Source: a virus
Taxonomy: Duplodnaviria; Caudoviricetes
Reading direction: 5' to 3' (one strand)
IMG/VR virus record: IMGVR_UViG_3300034092_000330
Coordinates: 1 to 30,336 of that record
Length of the DNA: 30,336 bases
This document shows positions 26,401 through 30,336 of this stretch, in pieces (position 1 is the stretch's first letter; every line of letters begins with the position of its first letter). The notes beneath the pieces were generated by a model. The model had not been told where the DNA came from and searched no databases. It saw nothing but the letters and a program-made list of their open reading frames with translations. The position numbers were made by a program, and so were the translations under genes.

Positions 26401-29377
26401 GGGGTATGCTTCTGCCGAAGATGTCCTGTCTGCGATTAAGACTGGAGATATTGGCAAGAGAAGGTTTACTCCGTCTTACGAGACGAGCATGGGTAAAGAG
26501 GTCTCTGCGCCAAGAGAGATCCGGGTCGCGCCAGCGGGGAAAGTAGGAGAGTTTGTCCCGCCTAAGACTCCAGAGCCTGAAGCGCCAAAAGGAAAGAAGC
26601 GGGGAGGCGCTAAGAAGACTAAGGCGGATTTGATGGTCCCTCAGGATGAGTCTGCGGAGTCGTTATATCAAACGGCTCAGCCTTCATCTACTCAGCCTCA
26701 AGCGCCACAGGTCACCCCTGGTGGAATTGTCAGAGCGTTTGCACCTCCCTCTAAAGAGGGGCTGGTTAACAAGATCTACGACTTCTTCTCTGTTGATCGC
26801 AAGGGTTCTTTCCGGCAGAAGTTCTTAGATCGCTACGATCCTATTAAGGAATACGCGATCAAGGCTTATCAGCAGACGGGGGATTCCAAGTATCTTGCTG
26901 CTGCTTCTGGCGCATACCAAGGTCTTTTGTTCTCCGATAAGGCCCAAGATGTTGCGATGGCTGGCCTGCAATATGGAGGCTTCTCTTACGACGGCAGGAT
27001 CTTCACGGCAGAAGAGAACCCTGAGAACTCTCCTATCCAGATCTTCAATAAGCTGGCATCCATGCCTGCTTCTCAGCCCGGATTTGAGAACAAACTGGAA
27101 GAGTTCTTCGAGGCTTCTTATGCTAAGAGGTACCTGGATCTCGCCGAAACTCAAGGTAAAGATCCTGGTGGCGTAATCGACATTGATGACGTTCGTCGTA
27201 CCTGGGACACCTTCAAGGGTGACGCAGACATTGAAAGCGCCATGAATAGATTCAAGGCGTTCAATGACAACCTGATTGATGTCCTCGTTAAGAGCGACTT
27301 CATTAGCCGCAAGATGGGAGAGTCCTGGAAGCAGGCTTACTACATCCCCTTCTATCGCCTGCCTACCGTCAAGACTCCCGATGGAGATGTTGAGACTGGT
27401 GAAGTAGACGCGCCTAAGGTTGGCACTAAAGCAACGAACCTAGCCGCCGCCAAGGCATTGTCCGGTCGGAACCTTCGCGTCAACGATGCGATGGAGAACA
27501 TCATCTACAACACCTACTTCATGATTGGCACTGCCATGAAGAACGTGGCAGCGAATAGGGTGGTAAGGGATGGCTTAACCGTTGGATACATGAAGGAGCT
27601 TCCCGTCAAGACGGATCCTCAGAATCCAAAGGTCAAGCGCCGGATGAAAGAAGATCCTGGCTCCAACGTGATCACTGTTCGGCAGAATGGCGAGAAGAAG
27701 TTCTATCAGGTCGATGACCCAATGGTCTACGATGCCGTCGCCAAAAGCACGATCCCTGTTCAAGATGCTCTGAAGATGATGGGATCGTTAACCAGCTTGC
27801 TTCGCAAGGGCGTTACCCTTGGCCCTGCTTTTATCCTTCGTAACCCTGTTCGGGATACCTTGCAGGTATGGATGCAGGGCGGGTTGGGGTCAAACCTTAT
27901 CCCTCCTATCGGTGATTATAAGGATGGCATCATCTCTGTTATCCGTAATTCACCTGAGTTCCAACGCTTAAAGCAGGCAGGCGTTTCTGGCAGTGGTATA
28001 CGCCAGGAGAACATCAAGAAGACCGCTGCTGCTATTCGAGAGAAGATCGGGATAGGGCAGCAGGACACGATGCAGAAGTTCTTAGGTCTTCTCGCCAAGC
28101 CCTTAGGCCTTCTAGAGAAGGCGTCTGAAGCGTCCGAAGGAATCAGCAGGGTCCAGGTATACAAGAACGCTTTGGAGAAGACTGGAGACGAGGCAGAGGC
28201 ATTGTTCGCCGCGATGGAGACGATCAACTTTTCTCGGCGCGGTACATCTCGTGGCGCTCAGATCGCTGTTGCTTTGCTTCCGTTCTTCAATGCACGTCTT
28301 CAGGGCTTAGATGTCTTCTACCGGACGGTGAAGGGCGATCCCATGGTTCCTAAAGAACTGGCTCCTGATGGGGCTAGGACTGCGCGGATCCGCATGGCAT
28401 ACGTTGCTGGCTTGTCTATGGCGTATGCCGCTGCGATGGCCGGGACGAAGGCTTGGCAGAATGCAACTGACGAGGAGAGAGATAACAACATCTTTATTCC
28501 TGTCGATTGGATTGATGGGGTGAAGGAAGGAACTGTACTGAAGTTCCCCATCCCGCAAGAGTTCGGGTTGCTCACGAAGATGCTGCCTGAACGGTTGATG
28601 GCTTGGTATCTACAACAGGATGATGGCGCTGACGTAGTGAACGCTATTTCCAGATCGGTTATTGGTACTTTGAAATTCGATCTGATCCCCCAGGCCATTC
28701 GTCCTCTCTACGAGAACGCTGCCAACTTCGACTTCTATACTCAGAAGCCTATCGAGAATGCATACCTGCAACGCCTGCTACCAGAGCAGCGCTATACCGA
28801 ATACACCTCGGAATTGTATAAGAAGATCGCGGAAGAGACTGGCCTGTCCCCGGTGAAGCTGGACCATCTCGTTCGTGGCTACACGGGGACGATAGGGGCC
28901 TTTACTGCGGATGCTATCGGCATGACGATTGGGTATGGCAAGGGGACTGCTTCCCCTGAAAGGTTCAGTCTCTCTGAGCCTTACCTTCTGCCTGCCGTGG
29001 GACAACTCTTTAAGAGCGCTAATGGCAGGAAGGCTGTTGAGAATCTTTATGAACTGGATGAGGCTGCGACCATGGCAGTCTCTACCCTTAGGGCAGTCTC
29101 TAAGGGGCAGAGAGAGATGTCCCCTGAGCAGCAAGAAGAACTTCGTTCTATGCTGTACACGGGCAAACAGATCGCTCCCGCATTGAAGCGCATAGAGAGA
29201 TTGAACAAGATGAAGCGAACTGTCATGGCTTCTCCTGATCTGTCTGCACAAGAAAAAAGAGACCAACTCAACTCCATTCAGGAGGAGATGGTCTCTGTTG
29301 CCAGTCAGGTGAAAGACATTAAGAAGGAACTTCCTCTTCGCTTTCGAGTTGGTCTGTCTCGCTTGCTTGGTTTTTAA
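23417..29377 (+). CDS. Large polyvalent / ejection protein (HExxH metallopeptidase-like, winged-helix, LPD38-like domains)
   Basis: 1986 aa; Gly/Ala hydrophobic N-terminal helices; HEIIH at 26117 with EEAIA at 26273; NFSRRG...PFFNARLQG; LPD38-type region ~28454-28900 (P.PQEFG..K..PER, PQA..P..E...N.DF, SPVKLDH..RGYTG). Confidence 0.8.
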   Translation: MAVKQVYVTGFGLVEVPSELQGDELVRYANAEADRLSTAAPTAPAPSQEKPSPGLLSQAGAFLGSIPEGIAQGVGTTVSGIGALTTIDALKQAGEGISQFGTDISKELLDEEQRQSMGGAGGRLVGNIATYLGPGIVAKGLGLGGRGALALSSALSGVGGAGEQSQKIAEARKEGKDISEAQEFGLSAAAGVGTAALEALPVGKFLNLPGLRNVPLIGKLLAEGLDPKVVKEIEQRFAGAAGKDALIADALLEADAARRARMGLTGYAGAAIKGGVVEAPVEGAQNTLQNFLANYGYNPEQQITEGLKESLIAGGLGGSAIQGGIEIFQAKQAKAGLESARARAVREQSAPPVTPETAAQTTLFVDPLTGKSRVVDRKTPKEKETQKIAESIVQGGEVPSGVAGLLPEGGPVMRFDTEVGTIEVPSSFTAEDINKRIEEIKQGRRERQEAGEAAGRLFIQSDLEKQQAGFQKQLPPGGDFTQVETKTGRVLMLPAGSTQEQIDQADQQLQELDEQNERSAEASRRLYEKAQEVKAKKDLKDAKAFAKANPDVAQSVFSQMGIESPESLAPTDIPALVDLMMEETYKRQETLASASQRIESNFSIASDLARTEFKRPLGKLTDTQKIELGSLVDTRLEINKKEYEDAVEEAGIRTAMGVEGSSVEPADVRQRRAAQAVYGKPYEKLSRPGFFPSAVPSTSEQEIVDKAVQEGDIRSLEITPEEILERKQFEGMPFTTTQYREAQDVLKANPDTPITTSLLKKQFDLPTSDALKMISLMQKRGDIVEVDGKNFVEPEAPGPLYQLIKTTPPSGDTTFNLAQETKTQNEFDEKIASQYAPDLVEALKKRKMEDLFLLGITNAIRDAKGDIVPANGQYLDRVIYLATSPDGSVRSKEAMLGTLDHEIIHGMKKLNMFSDAEWRMLTDRFKVSYLGDMEDEYRKHYSGRKDLENLLKEEAIAKAAADLAVKDPQRLDPAAKSLVKKVESFLGFGRTAAQMGYASAEDVLSAIKTGDIGKRRFTPSYETSMGKEVSAPREIRVAPAGKVGEFVPPKTPEPEAPKGKKRGGAKKTKADLMVPQDESAESLYQTAQPSSTQPQAPQVTPGGIVRAFAPPSKEGLVNKIYDFFSVDRKGSFRQKFLDRYDPIKEYAIKAYQQTGDSKYLAAASGAYQGLLFSDKAQDVAMAGLQYGGFSYDGRIFTAEENPENSPIQIFNKLASMPASQPGFENKLEEFFEASYAKRYLDLAETQGKDPGGVIDIDDVRRTWDTFKGDADIESAMNRFKAFNDNLIDVLVKSDFISRKMGESWKQAYYIPFYRLPTVKTPDGDVETGEVDAPKVGTKATNLAAAKALSGRNLRVNDAMENIIYNTYFMIGTAMKNVAANRVVRDGLTVGYMKELPVKTDPQNPKVKRRMKEDPGSNVITVRQNGEKKFYQVDDPMVYDAVAKSTIPVQDALKMMGSLTSLLRKGVTLGPAFILRNPVRDTLQVWMQGGLGSNLIPPIGDYKDGIISVIRNSPEFQRLKQAGVSGSGIRQENIKKTAAAIREKIGIGQQDTMQKFLGLLAKPLGLLEKASEASEGISRVQVYKNALEKTGDEAEALFAAMETINFSRRGTSRGAQIAVALLPFFNARLQGLDVFYRTVKGDPMVPKELAPDGARTARIRMAYVAGLSMAYAAAMAGTKAWQNATDEERDNNIFIPVDWIDGVKEGTVLKFPIPQEFGLLTKMLPERLMAWYLQQDDGADVVNAISRSVIGTLKFDLIPQAIRPLYENAANFDFYTQKPIENAYLQRLLPEQRYTEYTSELYKKIAEETGLSPVKLDHLVRGYTGTIGAFTADAIGMTIGYGKGTASPERFSLSEPYLLPAVGQLFKSANGRKAVENLYELDEAATMAVSTLRAVSKGQREMSPEQQEELRSMLYTGKQIAPALKRIERLNKMKRTVMASPDLSAQEKRDQLNSIQEEMVSVASQVKDIKKELPLRFRVGLSRLLGF

Positions 29378-29831
29378 TTGGCTCCACGAGGATGACGACT
29401 TTCTTCCTGTCTGTCTTTACATAATCAATCGTTACGCTGCGAACGTATGGACCTGTCGTGTGTTCGATTACCCCTGCCCTGTGCAGGATCCTCAAACAGA
29501 CTTCTAGGAACGCGCCCATATCAGGGATTCCATTTAGAGAGTACCTACAGATCCTGATATTTACGCTGTAGAGAGGCAGGAACTTCAGCTTCTCCGCGAG
29601 GATATCGGCGATCTCGTAGATTGCTCTATTGGCATCCTTTTTTATGACGAGATCCCCCGCTTCGTTCTTCCTCCTAAGGCTATCAGGCATTCCTTGGTGC
29701 GTTATCGTCACCCTGATAATGTCTTTCCTTCTGGGTAGTTCCTTCTCCTCATCCTCTTTACTTTTTAGGTTGAGGTCTTTCCCGCTGACTGAGATTTCTT
29801 CGGTGTCGTTAAGAGGATTAGGCTTTCCCAT
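29319..29831 (-). CDS. RusA-like Holliday junction resolvase fold, catalytic motif degenerate
   Basis: G.P.S...V.I......PDMGAFLEVCLRILHRAGVIEHT..V..V aligns by eye with RusA xDxDNxxKxxxDxL..AGxxxDD. Start uncertain (29831 or 29876). Confidence 0.5.
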   Translation of the reverse strand: MGKPNPLNDTEEISVSGKDLNLKSKEDEEKELPRRKDIIRVTITHQGMPDSLRRKNEAGDLVIKKDANRAIYEIADILAEKLKFLPLYSVNIRICRYSLNGIPDMGAFLEVCLRILHRAGVIEHTTGPYVRSVTIDYVKTDRKKVVILVEPIKNQASETDQLESEEEVPS

Positions 29832-30223
29832 TTGCCATCCCACGGGATATCTTCCCCTTTGCTGTCGTACTGCCATCGTGTTCTCCTATCTCGAATATCG
29901 CAGTGTATGAAGTTCCCTCTAGGGGGAACCCCTACACCGTTGAATAGTCCTGACTTCTCTACTTCCTCGTAGAGTTCTTTCATGGATAGCTTGGGGCTGT
30001 ACCAATCTACGGCCAGCCCCAGGACGTGTTGCCCTACCTTACCTTTCTTCGCTCGTTCCACGGGATGATTCGGGCAACGGTACGCAGAAGTGACAATCAG
30101 AGGGGTGTCGATCTGGCGTCTGAACTCATTCATCGTATCAAGCATTCTTTTATTCATGCCTAATCTGCCGCAGTGCCGACAGGCGATTTCCGCCATTGAA
30201 AAGTAGGTAGTTTGACTAGACAT
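29765..30223 (-). CDS. Peptidase M15A-type Zn peptidase (putative endolysin)
   Basis: YFS..E.AC.HCG, VTSAYRC..H, GQH..G.AVD, G.GV...FIHCD.R: the H/D/H Zn ligands are present. Confidence 0.85.
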   Translation of the reverse strand: MSSQTTYFSMAEIACRHCGRLGMNKRMLDTMNEFRRQIDTPLIVTSAYRCPNHPVERAKKGKVGQHVLGLAVDWYSPKLSMKELYEEVEKSGLFNGVGVPPRGNFIHCDIRDRRTRWQYDSKGEDIPWDGKWESLILLTTPKKSQSAGKTST

Positions 30224-30336
30224 TAGACTCCGGTAGAACCGAAACCACCTTCGCCTCTCGAGGAGTCGCTCAAGGCGTCAGCCTGCTCGAAGGAGATTTG
30301 TTCGTACTTTGAGACTACCATCTGCGCGATACGCAT
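30223..30336 (-). CDS. dut: dUTPase, C-terminal end (truncated by the window edge)
   Basis: Reverse strand reads MRIAQMVVSKYEQISFEQADALSDSSRGEGGFGSTGV*, containing motif IV (RIAQ) and motif V (RGEGGFGSTG). Not in the ORF track. Confidence 0.9.
   Translation of the reverse strand: MRIAQMVVSKYEQISFEQADALSDSSRGEGGFGSTGV

Noticed and set aside
1-30336. Stop-codon reassignment, introns/inteins, tRNA genes, integrase or transposase
   Set aside because: TAA, TAG and TGA all end well-packed genes and the ORFs tile without unexplained gaps. No such elements were recognised by eye.

Overview
The window is the morphogenesis region of a tailed dsDNA phage with a P22-like, podovirus-type architecture. 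Plus strand, in order: 3' end of terminase large subunit, an orphan gene, portal, GroES-like co-chaperonin, scaffold, capsid-associated proteins, Mu gpT-like major capsid protein, small Lys-rich proteins, two adaptor/tail-tube-like proteins, tail fibre with S74 chaperone, ferritin/Dps-like protein, tail nozzle, and four internal/ejection proteins ending in a 1986-aa LPD38-type polyvalent protein. Minus strand at the right end: a degenerate RusA-like gene, an M15 peptidase and the 3' end of a dUTPase. Three signals stand out. (1) A recurring [FYMK]-[ASKR]-x-G-G motif punctuates four predicted internal proteins and brackets variable cassettes; one of these proteins carries a lambda-gpH-C-terminus-like domain that could be the processing or recognition module. 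(2) An unannotated ~80-aa domain occurs both as a stand-alone gene (136..417) and as a motif-bracketed insert in the 1106-aa ejection protein. (3) A compact double-pseudoknot RNA lies downstream of the capsid gene (resembling the Mu-gpT-DE motif), and its last stem overlaps the next RBS. All family assignments are from motif recognition by eye; no searches were run.
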